A stretch of DNA of 64,000 nt from an uncultured Lachnoclostridium sp. (GCA_946491795.1 CAMLYF010000006.1:16504-80503), one strand, 5' to 3'. Positions 30,193-40,898 are shown, numbered from the stretch's first letter. Notes: generated by a model not told the origin, from the letters alone. Numbers and translations are program-made.

Positions 30193-30223
30193 AAAGCGGC
30201 TTGCCATGGCAGGCCGCTTTTCC
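30193..30223 (+). terminator. Intrinsic terminator of the CUT2 operon
   Basis: AAAGCGGCTTGCC / GGCAGGCCGCTTT stem (one G-U pair) with a catg loop, followed by a T-run. Confidence 0.8.
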
Positions 30224-30344
30224 TGATTCATGCATATTGACAGATGCATATATAATATAATATGAAAAGAAACCTGTAAGCGGCATCCGATATAAGATTT
30301 TTCATTGCGGATGTGGATTGATCAGCACAGGAGTGTATGCATGA

Positions 30345-31109
30345 ATGAAATGGAACAGTAATACAGTTAAGCGATATATGGAAGCGGGCCTTGCGGTCCT
30401 GATCGCTTTCATTCTGGGACTGGCCGGTTCCGCAGGCGTCTTATCACCGCGGGCAGCCGAGAATGAGCGGACTGGGGCGGCTGTCGCGGATGACAGTACA
30501 AAGGCCGGTGAAGAAAATGAAAATAAGACTCTGGCATCGAGCCCGGATACAGGAGAGACGAAGGAGACAATAGCGGACGGACAGTATCCGATTATGGGAA
30601 ACAGTAATGTCACTGTTCAGGAGATGGTCGATTATTTTAATGCGTCCGGGGAGGAGTATCCCGCGGAAGAACTTTCCGGGGGCGGTGCAGATTCCATTGA
30701 GACGTTCTGTCAGATGTATTATGACGAGGCGACTGCAGAGGGGGTGCGGCCGGAAGTGGCGTTTGCCCAGACAATGAAAGAGACAGGATTTCTTCAGTAT
30801 GGCGGGGATGCGTCCATTGAGCAGTTCAATTTTGCCGGACTGGGTACCACGGGTAACGGAGTACCCGGCAATTCCTATCCGGATGTGCAGACCGGAATAC
30901 GGGCGCAGATCCAGCATCTCAAGGCATACGCCACAGCAGATTCACTGAATCAGGAGTGTGTAGATGATCGGTATGAGTATGTGAAGAAAGGTTCGGCTCC
31001 TTATGTACAGTGGCTTGGGCAGCAGGAGAATCCGGAGGGGCTCGGCTGGGCGACGGGTGATAATTACGGATATGATATAGTGGGGATGATAGAAGATATG
31101 ACGGAATGA
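30345..31109 (+). CDS. Putative secreted peptidoglycan hydrolase (glucosaminidase-like domain)
   Basis: N-terminal TM/signal anchor. C-terminal motif VAFAQTMKETGFLQYGGDASIEQFNFAGLG...IRAQIQHLKAYA resembles clostridial autolysin glucosaminidase domains. This is a family-level call only. Confidence 0.6.
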   Translation: MKWNSNTVKRYMEAGLAVLIAFILGLAGSAGVLSPRAAENERTGAAVADDSTKAGEENENKTLASSPDTGETKETIADGQYPIMGNSNVTVQEMVDYFNASGEEYPAEELSGGGADSIETFCQMYYDEATAEGVRPEVAFAQTMKETGFLQYGGDASIEQFNFAGLGTTGNGVPGNSYPDVQTGIRAQIQHLKAYATADSLNQECVDDRYEYVKKGSAPYVQWLGQQENPEGLGWATGDNYGYDIVGMIEDMTE

Positions 31110-31169
31110 ACTGATCAGTTCAGCCCGTGCCATTTGTAAAATAGTACTTCTTAAGATTATCTAAACTTC

Positions 31170-31198
31170 TTGACAAAATCGCCTTGTGCGACTATAGT
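31170..31198 (+). promoter_or_regulatory. Sigma-A promoter of the valS leader
   Basis: TTGACA (31170-31175), 17-nt spacer, TATAGT (31193-31198). Confidence 0.7.
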
Positions 31199-31204
31199 AT
31201 TTGA

Positions 31205-31532
31205 TAGTTAATTTTTAGTTAATACTATTGTAACAAAGGTGACGAGGAAGAGGAGTACGTTATTACTTCCGCCAGAGAGAACCGTCCGCAGGCTGAAAGA
31301 CGGTTTCGGAAAAGGGTAATGGAAGGTAGCTTTTGAACCGGATGGCCGAAGAGCGTCTGTGCAGGAAGATAAGATACAGGATGCGGGTAAGCTGTCCCGG
31401 AGTGGTCCACGTTACAGGACTTCAGAGGTATATTTCCGGACAGGAGCGGGATGCTCCGAGTCAGGCAAGTGTATGAAATAAGGTGGTACCGCGGAATCTT
31501 CGCCCTTTACATTACGTAAAGGGCGTTTCTTT
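31205..31532 (+). promoter_or_regulatory. T-box riboswitch leader (tRNA-Val sensing) with terminator
   Basis: Stem I elements (GAGGAAGAGGAGTA, AGAGA box at ~31273). Candidate GUA specifier followed by A at 31315-31318. Conserved T-box sequence AATAAGGTGGTACCGCGG (~31478-31494). Terminator CGCCCTTTAC-att-GTAAAGGGCG (31501-31525) plus a T-run. The 5' arm of the terminator can instead pair as the antiterminator. Confidence 0.85.
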
Positions 31533-31581
31533 ATGTAACTGTGAAAATTCCGTGAACACCGGGGGATTTAAGGAGAATACA

Positions 31582-34233
31582 ATGAGCAAAGAATTAGCAA
31601 AGACTTATGATCCGAAAGCGATCGAAGAAAAACTGTATGACAAATGGTGTGAGAACAAATATTTCCATGCGGAAGTGGACCGCAGCAGAAAACCGTTTAC
31701 GACGGTGATGCCGCCTCCGAATATTACGGGAAAGCTTCATATGGGCCACGCTCTTGACAATACACTTCAGGATATCCTGATCCGATACAAGAGAATGGAA
31801 GGATATAATGCACTGTGGATCCCGGGAACAGACCATGCGGCGATCTCTACAGAGGTAAAGGTGACAAACCAGCTGAAAGACGAAGGTATTGATAAGAAAG
31901 AACTGGGCCGTGAAGGGTTCCTGAAGAGAGTATGGCAGTGGAAAGAAGAGTATGCCGGTACGATCGAGAACCAGCTCAAGAAGCTGGGTATCTCCTGCGA
32001 CTGGGACAGAGAGCGTTTCACTATGGACGAGGGATGCTCCAAGGCTGTAGAGGAAGTGTTTATCAGCCTGTACAACAAAGGGTACATCTATAAAGGATCC
32101 AGGATCATCAACTGGTGCCCGAAATGTAAAACCTCTCTTTCCGATGCAGAGGTAGAACACGAGGATCAGGAGGGACACTTCTGGCATATTAAATATCCGA
32201 TCGTAGGAACAGACCGTTTCCTCGAGATCGCGACCACACGTCCGGAGACCATGCTGGGAGATACGGCCATCGCTGTACATCCGGATGACGAGCGATATAA
32301 AGATCTTGTAGGAAAGAACGTGATCCTGCCGCTTGTAGGAAGAGAGATCCCGATCGTGGCGGATTACTATGTAGATAAAGAATTCGGTACAGGAGCGGTG
32401 AAGATCACGCCGGCTCATGACCCGAACGACTTCGAGGTAGGCAAGCGCCACAACCTGCCGGAGATTAACATCATGAACGATGACGCTACAATCAATGAAA
32501 ACGGCGGCAAATACGCAGGCATGGACCGCTATGAGGCGAGAGAGGCGATTGTCAGAGAACTTGACGAACAGGGATATCTTGTAAAAGTTGTTCCGCATAC
32601 TCATGCAGTAGGAACTCATGACCGCTGCGGTACGACAGTAGAGCCGCTCATCAAGCAGCAGTGGTTTGTAAAGATGGACGAGCTGGCCAAACCGGCCATC
32701 AATGCGTTAAAGACCGGAGAACTGAAATTTGTACCGGAACGTTTTAACAAGATCTATCTGCACTGGCTGGAGAATATCAAAGACTGGTGTATTTCCCGTC
32801 AGATCTGGTGGGGGCACAGGATCCCGGCATATTACTGCGACGAGTGCGGTGAGGTTGTCGTTGGACACCACGCTCCGGATAAGTGCCCGAAATGCGGATG
32901 TACACATTTTACGCAGGACGAGGATACTCTGGACACATGGTTCTCGTCAGCGCTGTGGCCGTTCTCTACACTGGGATGGCCGGACAAGACAGAGGATCTG
33001 GACTATTTCTATCCGACGGATGTGCTTGTAACAGGATATGATATTATCTTCTTCTGGGTTATACGTATGGTATTCTCAGGTTATGCGCATACAGGAAAAT
33101 CACCGTTCCACACGGTGCTCATCCACGGCCTGGTGCGCGACTCCCAGGGACGCAAGATGAGCAAATCTCTCGGAAACGGCATCGATCCGCTGGAGATTAT
33201 CGACAAGTACGGCGCCGACGCTCTCAGGCTTACGCTCGTTACCGGAAACGCGCCGGGAAATGATATGCGTTTCTACAATGAGAGAGTGGAGGCAAGCCGC
33301 AATTTCGCAAACAAAGTATGGAATGCATCCCGTTTCATCCTGATGAACATGAAAGATGAAACAGTCATTGAGAAACCGGACGACGCGATGTTTACGCCGG
33401 CTGACCGCTGGATCCTCTCCACGGTGAACACACTGGCGAAAGACGTGACAGAGAACATGGACAAATACGAGCTCGGTATCGCGGTACAGAAGGTATATGA
33501 CTTCATCTGGGATGAATTCTGCGACTGGTATGTGGAACTTGCGAAGGACCGCATCTACCACGCGGAGGAAGATCCGAAGGCCGCGGGATGTGCGCTTTGG
33601 GTATTAAAGACTGTGCTGGGACAGGCGCTGAAACTGCTTCATCCGTTTATGCCGTTTATCACAGAGGAAATCTACAGCGCCCTTGTGCCTGAAGAGGAGT
33701 CCCTGATGATGTCAGATTGGCCGAAGTACAGAGAAGAGTGGAACTTCCCGGCGGACGAGGATGTGATGGAACATGTGAAAGCAATCGTAAAAGGTATCCG
33801 CAACATCCGCTCCGAAATGGACGTGCCGAACAACAGGAAGACGAAAGTGTATATCGTTTCCACCGATGACAAGGTATGTAAAGGTATCCCGGCCCTGGCA
33901 GGTTCCGTGAAGCCGCTTATGATGGCGAATGAGATCATTATCCAGCCGGATAAAGCAGGCATCGCGGACAGCGCGGTATCAGTCGTAGTTCCGGATGCAG
34001 TTGTATATCTGCCGCTTGAGGATCTCGTAGACTTTGAACAGGAGCGCGAGAGACTGGCCAAAGAAGAAGTAAGGCTGAATAAAGAGATAAAAAGAGCTCA
34101 GGGTATGCTTTCCAATGAAAAGTTCGTAAGCAAGGCTCCGGCTGCAAAAGTTCAGGAAGAGAGAGACAAGCTGGAGAAATATACGCAGATGCTCGAACAG
34201 GTAAAAGAGAGAATTGCGGGACTTGGGAAATAG
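31582..34233 (+). CDS. valS: Valine--tRNA ligase
   Basis: The true start ATG 31582 gives [22 protein letters not shown]; the ORF-track extension to 31483 would run through the T-box terminator. HIGH-type motif (LHMGHAL), KMSKS motif and a C-terminal coiled coil. Confidence 0.95.
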   Translation: MSKELAKTYDPKAIEEKLYDKWCENKYFHAEVDRSRKPFTTVMPPPNITGKLHMGHALDNTLQDILIRYKRMEGYNALWIPGTDHAAISTEVKVTNQLKDEGIDKKELGREGFLKRVWQWKEEYAGTIENQLKKLGISCDWDRERFTMDEGCSKAVEEVFISLYNKGYIYKGSRIINWCPKCKTSLSDAEVEHEDQEGHFWHIKYPIVGTDRFLEIATTRPETMLGDTAIAVHPDDERYKDLVGKNVILPLVGREIPIVADYYVDKEFGTGAVKITPAHDPNDFEVGKRHNLPEINIMNDDATINENGGKYAGMDRYEAREAIVRELDEQGYLVKVVPHTHAVGTHDRCGTTVEPLIKQQWFVKMDELAKPAINALKTGELKFVPERFNKIYLHWLENIKDWCISRQIWWGHRIPAYYCDECGEVVVGHHAPDKCPKCGCTHFTQDEDTLDTWFSSALWPFSTLGWPDKTEDLDYFYPTDVLVTGYDIIFFWVIRMVFSGYAHTGKSPFHTVLIHGLVRDSQGRKMSKSLGNGIDPLEIIDKYGADALRLTLVTGNAPGNDMRFYNERVEASRNFANKVWNASRFILMNMKDETVIEKPDDAMFTPADRWILSTVNTLAKDVTENMDKYELGIAVQKVYDFIWDEFCDWYVELAKDRIYHAEEDPKAAGCALWVLKTVLGQALKLLHPFMPFITEEIYSALVPEEESLMMSDWPKYREEWNFPADEDVMEHVKAIVKGIRNIRSEMDVPNNRKTKVYIVSTDDKVCKGIPALAGSVKPLMMANEIIIQPDKAGIADSAVSVVVPDAVVYLPLEDLVDFEQERERLAKEEVRLNKEIKRAQGMLSNEKFVSKAPAAKVQEERDKLEKYTQMLEQVKERIAGLGK

Positions 34234-34279
34234 TCTGCGGTGATTTCCTCTTATTAGAAGAAAGGATGTAAGATCATAC

Positions 34280-36502
34280 ATGAAAGGCATTCATATCAGG
34301 AAACCTGATATCAAAGGATTTTTTACAAAAGTCAGAAATCTGAAAAAAGAAGATATCAAGCGGCATTTTAAGGAAAAGAAAGAGCGCAGGCAGCGCATCC
34401 TTGAAGAACGGCGCAACAGCCGGTTCGCGAAAAAGATGCAGCCGGTCTATAAATGGATGAACAGGTTTTCACTGCCTCTGCAGTTCCTTCTGGCCTGCGT
34501 GATCAATTTTCTGATCGAGACTGTCTCCAGACTGTCCTTTTTTGAGGCGTGGGACTACCTTGTAGGAACGCCGCTTGTGTTCCTGTACAATGCATTTATG
34601 ATATTTACGACATTTATGCTCGTTTATCTGTTCCGGCGGAGAGTATTTGCCCGGATTCTGATCAGTGTGTTCTGGCTGTTTCTGGGCATCTGCAACGGCT
34701 ACCTTCTGACCAAGAGGGTGACGCCGTTTAACGCGCAGGATCTGAAAGTACTCTCGGATGCGCTGGAGCTGACGGGAAACTACTTCAATACGTTTGAACT
34801 TGTGATGATCATCGTCGGCGTGGTGGCTGTCGTGTTCTGGATTGTCTCCATGTGGAGAAGGGGCGGACAGTATTCCGGGAAAATGCACAGGATCATCGCG
34901 CTGTGCGGCGTAGGAATTTCGTTTGCAGCGTGTCTGTGGCTGACGGATGAGGCAATCGACAAGCGTGTCATATCCAATTATTTTGGAAATATTGCTTTTG
35001 CGTATGAGGATTACGGGTTCCCGTACTGTTTCTCTGCCAGCCTGTTTAATACAGGTATCAATGAGCCGGCGGGATACAGTGAGGAGACGATGAATGAGAT
35101 CTCTGATAACGGCGAGCTGACACAGAGCACTACCGGGCTTTCTGAGGATGAGATGCCCAACATTATGTTTGTCCAGCTCGAATCTTTCTTCGACCCGACA
35201 GAGGTTGAATGGCTGCGTTTTTCAGAAGATCCGATTCCGAATCTGCGAAAATTATTTGACGAGTATTCTACAGGATATTTCAAGGTTCCGTCCGTAGGAG
35301 CCGGTACTGCCAACACGGAATTTGAAGTGCTGACCGGAATGAGTATGCGCTTCTTCGGTCCGGGCGAATATCCGTATAAGACTTACGCGAAGTTCAATCA
35401 GATGGAGAGCGCGGCGAGCGCGCTCAAGGCTCTCGGCTATGGCGCGGAGGCGCTTCATAATAACGGCGGAAATTTCTACAGCCGTGCCCAGGTATTTAAT
35501 AAGATGGGATTTGACCATTTTACAAGCAAGGAGTTTATGAATATCCTGCAGACAACGCCGAAGGGCTGGGCTACGGATGATATTCTTGTGCCGAATATTA
35601 TGGAATCCATGGATACTACGGAAGGACAGGATTTTGTCTTTACCATAAGTGTAGAGGGACACGGAGAATATCCGACAGAGAAAGTGCTTGAGAATCCGGA
35701 GATCGTCGTCAGCGGAGTCGAGGACGAGGGAGAGAGAAACGCCTGGGAGTATTATGTGAATCTTGTACATGAGATGGATAAATTCGTCGGACAGCTCATC
35801 GAGGCGGTAGAGTCGAGAAATGAGCCTACGGTACTTGTTTTCTACGGCGATCATCTTCCGACCATGAATCTGGAGGCGAAAGATCTTAAGAGCCGTTATC
35901 TCTATAATACGAATTATGTGATCTGGGATAATATCGGACTGAAGAAAGAAGACGAGAATATCGCCGCATATCAGATCATGGCCGAAGTATTTGACAGGCT
36001 GGATATCCACTCCGGCACGGTGTTTAATTATCATCAGCAGCGCCGGGAGACCAAAAATTATCTGGCGGATCTGGAGCTGCTCCAGTATGATATGATGTAC
36101 GGAGAGCAGTATGTATACGAGAAATACGGTATGCCGGTTCCTGAGGAACATATGGTCATGGGAGTCAAGGATGCGGAGATATCTCAGATGGTCCTTCAGG
36201 CTGACGGCACGACATACAGTATATACGGAGATAATTTTACAAAGCAGAGTAAGGTTTATATAAACGGTGAAAAACAGGCGACAAAATTCCTGAATAATAC
36301 AAGGCTGGATCTGAAAGATTCACAGATTGAAGACGGCGATACCGTTATGGTGGCGCAGGTGGGATCCAGCAACACTATATTCAGAGAATCAAAGACTTAT
36401 ATATACAGTGACGGCACCCTGACGGAAGCTCCGGCAGATCCGAATGCACCGGAGAACGGGCGTCAGGCGTTTGTCGATCAGGAAGAAGAAAAGGAAGAAT
36501 GA
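34280..36502 (+). CDS. LTA synthase / sulfatase-family membrane enzyme (LtaS-like)
   Basis: N-terminal ~5 TM helices and an extracellular alkaline-phosphatase-superfamily domain (NIMFVQLESFFDP..., GTANTEFEVLTGM). 740 aa with an extra C-terminal ~100 aa. Confidence 0.8.
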   Translation: MKGIHIRKPDIKGFFTKVRNLKKEDIKRHFKEKKERRQRILEERRNSRFAKKMQPVYKWMNRFSLPLQFLLACVINFLIETVSRLSFFEAWDYLVGTPLVFLYNAFMIFTTFMLVYLFRRRVFARILISVFWLFLGICNGYLLTKRVTPFNAQDLKVLSDALELTGNYFNTFELVMIIVGVVAVVFWIVSMWRRGGQYSGKMHRIIALCGVGISFAACLWLTDEAIDKRVISNYFGNIAFAYEDYGFPYCFSASLFNTGINEPAGYSEETMNEISDNGELTQSTTGLSEDEMPNIMFVQLESFFDPTEVEWLRFSEDPIPNLRKLFDEYSTGYFKVPSVGAGTANTEFEVLTGMSMRFFGPGEYPYKTYAKFNQMESAASALKALGYGAEALHNNGGNFYSRAQVFNKMGFDHFTSKEFMNILQTTPKGWATDDILVPNIMESMDTTEGQDFVFTISVEGHGEYPTEKVLENPEIVVSGVEDEGERNAWEYYVNLVHEMDKFVGQLIEAVESRNEPTVLVFYGDHLPTMNLEAKDLKSRYLYNTNYVIWDNIGLKKEDENIAAYQIMAEVFDRLDIHSGTVFNYHQQRRETKNYLADLELLQYDMMYGEQYVYEKYGMPVPEEHMVMGVKDAEISQMVLQADGTTYSIYGDNFTKQSKVYINGEKQATKFLNNTRLDLKDSQIEDGDTVMVAQVGSSNTIFRESKTYIYSDGTLTEAPADPNAPENGRQAFVDQEEEKEE

Positions 36503-37818
36503 CATACAGCGAGGCAGTAGATTATATACTGGAGATTCCTAAATTTACAAAGAAAAATGATGCGGTGCACACGAAAACATTTCTGAAATATCTCGGCAAT
36601 CCGCAGGAGAGCTTAAAGGTGATCCATGTTGCCGGAACAAACGGAAAAGGATCCGTGTGCGCCTATCTAGACGGGATGCTCCGTTCGGAAGGAAAACGGA
36701 CGGGGCTTTTTACTTCCCCGCATCTGGTGAAGATCAATGAGAGGATTGCGGTCGACGGAGAACCGGTAAGTGACGGAGAGTTCTGCAGGGCTTTTGACGC
36801 GGCGCTTGCGGCGGTGAAGATGATGGAGGCGGAGGGATTATCCCATCCCACTTTTTTTGAATTCCTGCTGGGGATGGCATTGTATACTTTCCGCAGGTCA
36901 GGCACAGAATATGCCGTACTGGAAACAGGGCTGGGCGGCAGGCTGGACGCTACCAGCGCGGTTGAGCCGCCGCTCGTCTGCGTGATCACTTCCATCGGGT
37001 ATGACCACATGCAGTATCTGGGGGATACGATTGAGCAGATTGCCGCGGAGAAGGCGGGGATCATCCGTCCGGGCGTACCTGTCTTTTATGCCTCATCCTC
37101 GGAGGAAAGCGACAGGGTAATTGAAAAGACGGCGGAGAAAAACGGAAGCTTCTGTAAAAAAATCGGGAAAGATGCGTACGAAATTCTCGGAATAGAAAAC
37201 AAACATATTGCATTTTCCTGTCCCAGTGATTATTATGGAAATACCACGTGGAAATTAAACAATACCGGAATATATCAGCCGGGTAATGCAGTGCTCGCCA
37301 TGGAAGTGATGAGATACCTCTTCCGGGAAAATGCCCATACGGCGCGGTGGAGAGCCGTCCTGTCTGAGTTGAAATGGGCAGGCAGGATGGAGGAAATCCT
37401 GCCTGAAGTGTATATTGACGGGGCGCATAATATAAGCGCAGTCGAGGCGTTTGTGCAGAGCATTCCGGAAGACGGGCGCGGGAATATTATATTATTTTCC
37501 GCGGTGAAGGATAAAGAATATGAGAAAATGGCGGCTGTACTGTGCAGGGATCCGCGGACAGATGTATATGTTGTGACACATATCGACGATTCGCGGGGAA
37601 CGGGCTCAGAACAGCTGGGAGATGTTTTCAGGAAATATACAGACCGTCCTGTTGTAGTGAGAGAGTCTGTTAAGGAGGCTCTTGTGTGGATCCTTGAACA
37701 CAGGGAGAACAGAAGAGTGTACTGCCTTGGCTCCCTTTATCTGACAGGGATGATTAAGGAATTGATTCAGGAGGTAAAGTCAGATGCTGAATTACGAAGA
37801 AGAGTTAAAGAAATTTAA
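36499..37818 (+). CDS. folC: Bifunctional folylpolyglutamate synthase / dihydrofolate synthase
   Basis: P-loop HVAGTNGKGS, Mur-ligase fold, 439 aa. Start overlaps the upstream stop (ATGA). Confidence 0.9.
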   Translation: MTYSEAVDYILEIPKFTKKNDAVHTKTFLKYLGNPQESLKVIHVAGTNGKGSVCAYLDGMLRSEGKRTGLFTSPHLVKINERIAVDGEPVSDGEFCRAFDAALAAVKMMEAEGLSHPTFFEFLLGMALYTFRRSGTEYAVLETGLGGRLDATSAVEPPLVCVITSIGYDHMQYLGDTIEQIAAEKAGIIRPGVPVFYASSSEESDRVIEKTAEKNGSFCKKIGKDAYEILGIENKHIAFSCPSDYYGNTTWKLNNTGIYQPGNAVLAMEVMRYLFRENAHTARWRAVLSELKWAGRMEEILPEVYIDGAHNISAVEAFVQSIPEDGRGNIILFSAVKDKEYEKMAAVLCRDPRTDVYVVTHIDDSRGTGSEQLGDVFRKYTDRPVVVRESVKEALVWILEHRENRRVYCLGSLYLTGMIKELIQEVKSDAELRRRVKEI

Positions 37819-37918
37819 ACCAAGCCTTGAGGTAGAGGATATCGAGGATGCTGTATATCAGGAAGATCTTTCGGATGTGACAGATCTGCTGAAACAGGTT
37901 ATGGAACAGAAGAAGTAA
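37784..37918 (+). CDS. Small acidic hypothetical protein (44 aa)
   Basis: Not in the ORF track. AGGAGG RBS 8 nt upstream of ATG 37784. MLNYEEELKKFKPSLEVEDIEDAVYQEDLSDVTDLLKQVMEQKK. It overlaps the folC 3' end by 35 nt and ends 27 nt before the TPR gene. Confidence 0.45.
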   Translation: MLNYEEELKKFKPSLEVEDIEDAVYQEDLSDVTDLLKQVMEQKK

Positions 37919-37945
37919 GTACAGAAAGTGTAATGGTGGATACAG

Positions 37946-39298
37946 ATGGATTATACGAAAAAGATCGTATATCAGTCCAACTACTGGTATAACGATGGTT
38001 TGCGAAAAGCCCAGATCCGGGATATGTCCGGCGCGATTGTCTCTCTGCGGCGGAGTCTCCAGTTCAACAGGGAGAATATTGCGGCGAGGAATCTTCTGGG
38101 ACTGGTCTACTACGGGATAGGCGAGGTGCCGGAGGCTCTGGTGGAATGGATCATCAGCAAGAATCTGCGCTCCTATAATAATATAGCGGACTATTACATC
38201 AAGAAAGTGCAGGAGTCTGCAAAAGAACTCGAAACGATTAATCTGGCAATTAAAAAATACAATCAGTGCCTTGCTTACTGCCAGCAGAATGGAGAGGATC
38301 TGGCGATCATACAGCTGAAACAGGTTGTTTCATCTCATCCGACTTTTCTGAAAGCGCATCAGCTCCTTGCTCTTCTCTATCTGCATACGGGGCAGTATAC
38401 CCGTGCCCGCCAGATGGTCCGGCAGGCGAGAAAGCTGGATACGGGCAATGAACTCACGCTGAAATATATGCATGAACTTACGCATCAGAGGGGAAAACAG
38501 CGTCGCAGGAATGAAAAAAAGAAAGAGGATGCCGTAGAGTACAGCCTCGGAAATGAAACGATCATCCAGCCGAAACACTCCAGGGTCAAAGCGATGGCCA
38601 GTCACCTTGCAGTGGCCAATATCTTTATCGGCGCGGCAATCGGCGCGGCGGTCATATGGTTCCTTGTTGCGCCCGCCGTAAATCAGTCGCAGAATGAGCG
38701 CATGAACGACCAGATGCGCGATTACAGTGATCAGATCAAAACGCTGGAAGCACAGGTCAGCGCCCAGACAAGGACACTGGATAATTACCGGGCCTCGGGA
38801 GAAGACGCGGAGGCTGACACGAAGCAGGCACAGACAACCCAGAAAAGTTATGAGAGCCTGATGACGGTTGCGGATCAGTATAATTCGGGAGAGTACAGTT
38901 ACGCCTCTATGGCGGATACCCTCATCGGTATCAGCCGGGACAGCCTCGGAGAGAAGGGACAGTCCCGTTATGATGAGCTGTCGGATGAGATTTATCCGAG
39001 CGCATGCGACTCGAATTTCTCTGACGGAGCTAATGCGCTTGACGCGGGAAATTATCAGGATGCTATAGATGCGCTCTCTAAAGTAGTGCGCATGAATGCC
39101 GGATACAATGAAGGGCAGGCGCTCTTTGATCTGGCGCAGGCGTATAAGGGGAACGGTGATAATAAAAATGCCGTTACTTACTTCCAGAAAGTTGTAGATG
39201 ACTATGGCGATTCACAATATGCCGAGGAGGCGCAGACAAATCTGGATACAATCCAGGGTTCATCGGATGACGGATCTTCCGGGGACAGTGACGAGTAG
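37946..39298 (+). CDS. TPR-repeat membrane protein
   Basis: N-terminal TPR repeats, a central TM helix (LAVANIFIGAAIGAAVIWFLVAP), a coiled-coil segment and C-terminal TPR repeats. Confidence 0.75.
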   Translation: MDYTKKIVYQSNYWYNDGLRKAQIRDMSGAIVSLRRSLQFNRENIAARNLLGLVYYGIGEVPEALVEWIISKNLRSYNNIADYYIKKVQESAKELETINLAIKKYNQCLAYCQQNGEDLAIIQLKQVVSSHPTFLKAHQLLALLYLHTGQYTRARQMVRQARKLDTGNELTLKYMHELTHQRGKQRRRNEKKKEDAVEYSLGNETIIQPKHSRVKAMASHLAVANIFIGAAIGAAVIWFLVAPAVNQSQNERMNDQMRDYSDQIKTLEAQVSAQTRTLDNYRASGEDAEADTKQAQTTQKSYESLMTVADQYNSGEYSYASMADTLIGISRDSLGEKGQSRYDELSDEIYPSACDSNFSDGANALDAGNYQDAIDALSKVVRMNAGYNEGQALFDLAQAYKGNGDNKNAVTYFQKVVDDYGDSQYAEEAQTNLDTIQGSSDDGSSGDSDE

Positions 39299-39363
39299 GA
39301 GCTCCCGGACAGGATAAGCGTTTTATACAGGATACATATAGTCGATATAAAGAAGTACGAAAG

Positions 39364-39395
39364 AAAAGGATATACCGGTTTGGTATATCCTTTTT
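39364..39395 (+). terminator. Intrinsic terminator
   Basis: AAAAGGATATACC / GGTATATCCTTTT stem with a T5 tail. Confidence 0.85.
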
Positions 39396-39436
39396 GCATG
39401 TACGTTCAGGATTAATGAAAACGAGGAGGAGTAGCA

Positions 39437-39751
39437 ATGAAATATCAGGTTCAGGAGAATTGTCTGACGATCTATCTGCCGCGCGAGGTGGATCATCATA
39501 ATGCGGAGGAGATCAAGAGGGAGGCAGACGCCGTAATCGACCGGAACCACATTAAATATGTGATTTTTGACTTTGACAGAACGGACTTTATGGACAGTTC
39601 GGGAATAGGGGTTATTATGGGACGGTATAAGACGGTCAGTCTGATCGGCGGAGAAGTGTGGGCGGTCCATACCAACGCAAGGATCAGAAAAATACTGACG
39701 CTGTCAGGAGTGACAAAAATAATGCAGATCTATGAGGAGGAAAAATTATGA
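39437..39751 (+). CDS. spoIIAA: Anti-sigma-F factor antagonist (STAS domain)
   Basis: 104 aa with the phosphorylatable-Ser motif FMDSSGIGV. First gene of the spoIIA-type operon. Confidence 0.9.
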   Translation: MKYQVQENCLTIYLPREVDHHNAEEIKREADAVIDRNHIKYVIFDFDRTDFMDSSGIGVIMGRYKTVSLIGGEVWAVHTNARIRKILTLSGVTKIMQIYEEEKL

Positions 39752-40203
39752 TAAATACGAATGAAATGGAGATCAGATTTGACAGCCGCTCAGAGAATGA
39801 AGGATTTGCAAGGGTGGCGGTGGCGTCCTTTATGACGCAGCTCAATCCTACTGTGGAGGAAGTGGCGGATGTCAAGACCGCAGTATCCGAAGCAGTGACG
39901 AACGCGATCATACACGGGTATGAAAATGAAGTGCACAAGATAAGCATCCGGTGCAGAATATCCGAAAATGTACTGACAGTGGAAGTGAGCGACAGCGGAA
40001 AAGGGATAGAAGACGTGCAGCAGGCCATGCAGCCGATGTTCACTACGATGCCGGAACAGGACCGCTCCGGTATGGGATTTGCATTTATGGAGGCTTTTAT
40101 GGACAGTGTGGAAGTGGAATCAGAGCCGGGAAAAGGAACCCGTGTGAAGATGAAGAAGACCGTCGGAAAAGGAAGGGAGATATGGACCACACAATCGCTT
40201 TGA
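39748..40203 (+). CDS. spoIIAB: Anti-sigma-F factor / serine kinase
   Basis: 151 aa, HATPase-type (AVSEAVTNAIIHGY, DSGKGI). Overlaps its neighbours (ATGA coupling). Confidence 0.9.
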   Translation: MINTNEMEIRFDSRSENEGFARVAVASFMTQLNPTVEEVADVKTAVSEAVTNAIIHGYENEVHKISIRCRISENVLTVEVSDSGKGIEDVQQAMQPMFTTMPEQDRSGMGFAFMEAFMDSVEVESEPGKGTRVKMKKTVGKGREIWTTQSL

Positions 40204-40898
40204 TCAGGAAATCACACGACGGGGATAAAGAAGCGAGAGAACAGCTTGTAGAAGAAAATATCGGTCTGATCTGGTGTGTTGTAAAGCGCTTTGGCGGGCG
40301 GGGAGTGGAGACAGAAGATCTGTTTCAGATCGGGAGCATCGGCCTGCTCAAGGCAATCGACAAGTTTGACCTTTCTTATGATGTGAAATTTTCCACTTAT
40401 GCAGTTCCCATGATATCGGGAGAGATCAAGCGTTTCCTGCGGGACGACGGGATGATCAAGGTCAGCCGTTCTCTGAAGGAACTTGCATATAAAAGTCTTA
40501 AGGCAGGGGAAAAACTGACAGACAGGCTGGGAAGAGAGCCCACCATGGAGGAGCTCTCGGAAGAACTGGGGGTTGAGAAAGAAGAACTGGTACAGGCGAT
40601 GGAGGCAGGCGGAGAGGTGGACTCTCTCTACCGGCCGATCCACCAGAAAGAGGGAAGTGAAATCCGGCTTCTCGATAAGATCGAGGAAAAGGAAAAAAGT
40701 GAGGACAAGATTCTTGACCGGCTGGTGTTAAAAGAACTGCTGGAAACCTTAAATGCAGAGGAACGCCAACTCATTTATCTGCGCTATTTCGCTGACAGGA
40801 CGCAGTCTGATGTTGGGAAGATCATGGGAATATCTCAGGTGCAGGTGTCCAGGATGGAAAAACGGATCATGGAGAATCTGAAAAAAAGAGGAACATAG
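40182..40898 (+). CDS. sigF: RNA polymerase sporulation sigma factor F
   Basis: ATG 40182 follows GGAAGGGAG and gives MDHTIALIRKSHDGDKEAREQLVEENIGLIWCVVKRF. Sigma-70 regions 2-4 are present. The ORF-track start at 39951 is an out-of-context extension across spoIIAB. Confidence 0.9.
   Translation: MDHTIALIRKSHDGDKEAREQLVEENIGLIWCVVKRFGGRGVETEDLFQIGSIGLLKAIDKFDLSYDVKFSTYAVPMISGEIKRFLRDDGMIKVSRSLKELAYKSLKAGEKLTDRLGREPTMEELSEELGVEKEELVQAMEAGGEVDSLYRPIHQKEGSEIRLLDKIEEKEKSEDKILDRLVLKELLETLNAEERQLIYLRYFADRTQSDVGKIMGISQVQVSRMEKRIMENLKKRGT

Noticed and set aside
31108-31121. Perfect 14-nt palindrome GAACTGATCAGTTC at the stop codon of the hydrolase gene, sharing CAGTTCAGCC with the 63212 element
   Set aside because: The stem is short and has no T-tract. 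The CAGTTCAG core also occurs inside coding sequence (for example 1257-1264), so it may be a chance match. I mention it under the 63212 finding but do not treat it as an independent feature.
31483-31581. N-terminal extension of valS in the ORF track
   Set aside because: It would translate through the T-box terminator hairpin. The conserved ValRS N-terminus ([12 protein letters not shown]) with an AGGAG RBS starts at 31582.
31594-32619. 341-aa minus-strand ORF
   Set aside because: It lies antisense inside valS with no RBS or motifs, so it is a shadow ORF. The same reasoning applies to 35252-36151 (inside the LtaS-like gene), 55430-56248 (potD), 58728-59606 (nadE), 59690-60502, 19703-20551 (kinase), 497-1120 and 51827-52519.
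39400-39436. Sigma-H or Spo0A-type promoter for spoIIAA (AGGATT at ~39412)
   Set aside because: There is no GAAT-type -10 at the correct spacing and the sequence is too close to the start codon. I could not support a promoter call between the terminator at 39364-39395 and the gene.
39951-40181. N-terminal extension of the sigF ORF in the ORF track (start at 39951)
   Set aside because: The extension is read out of frame across spoIIAB and has an Arg/Gly-rich nonsense composition. A proper RBS and the conserved sigma-F N-terminus begin at 40182.
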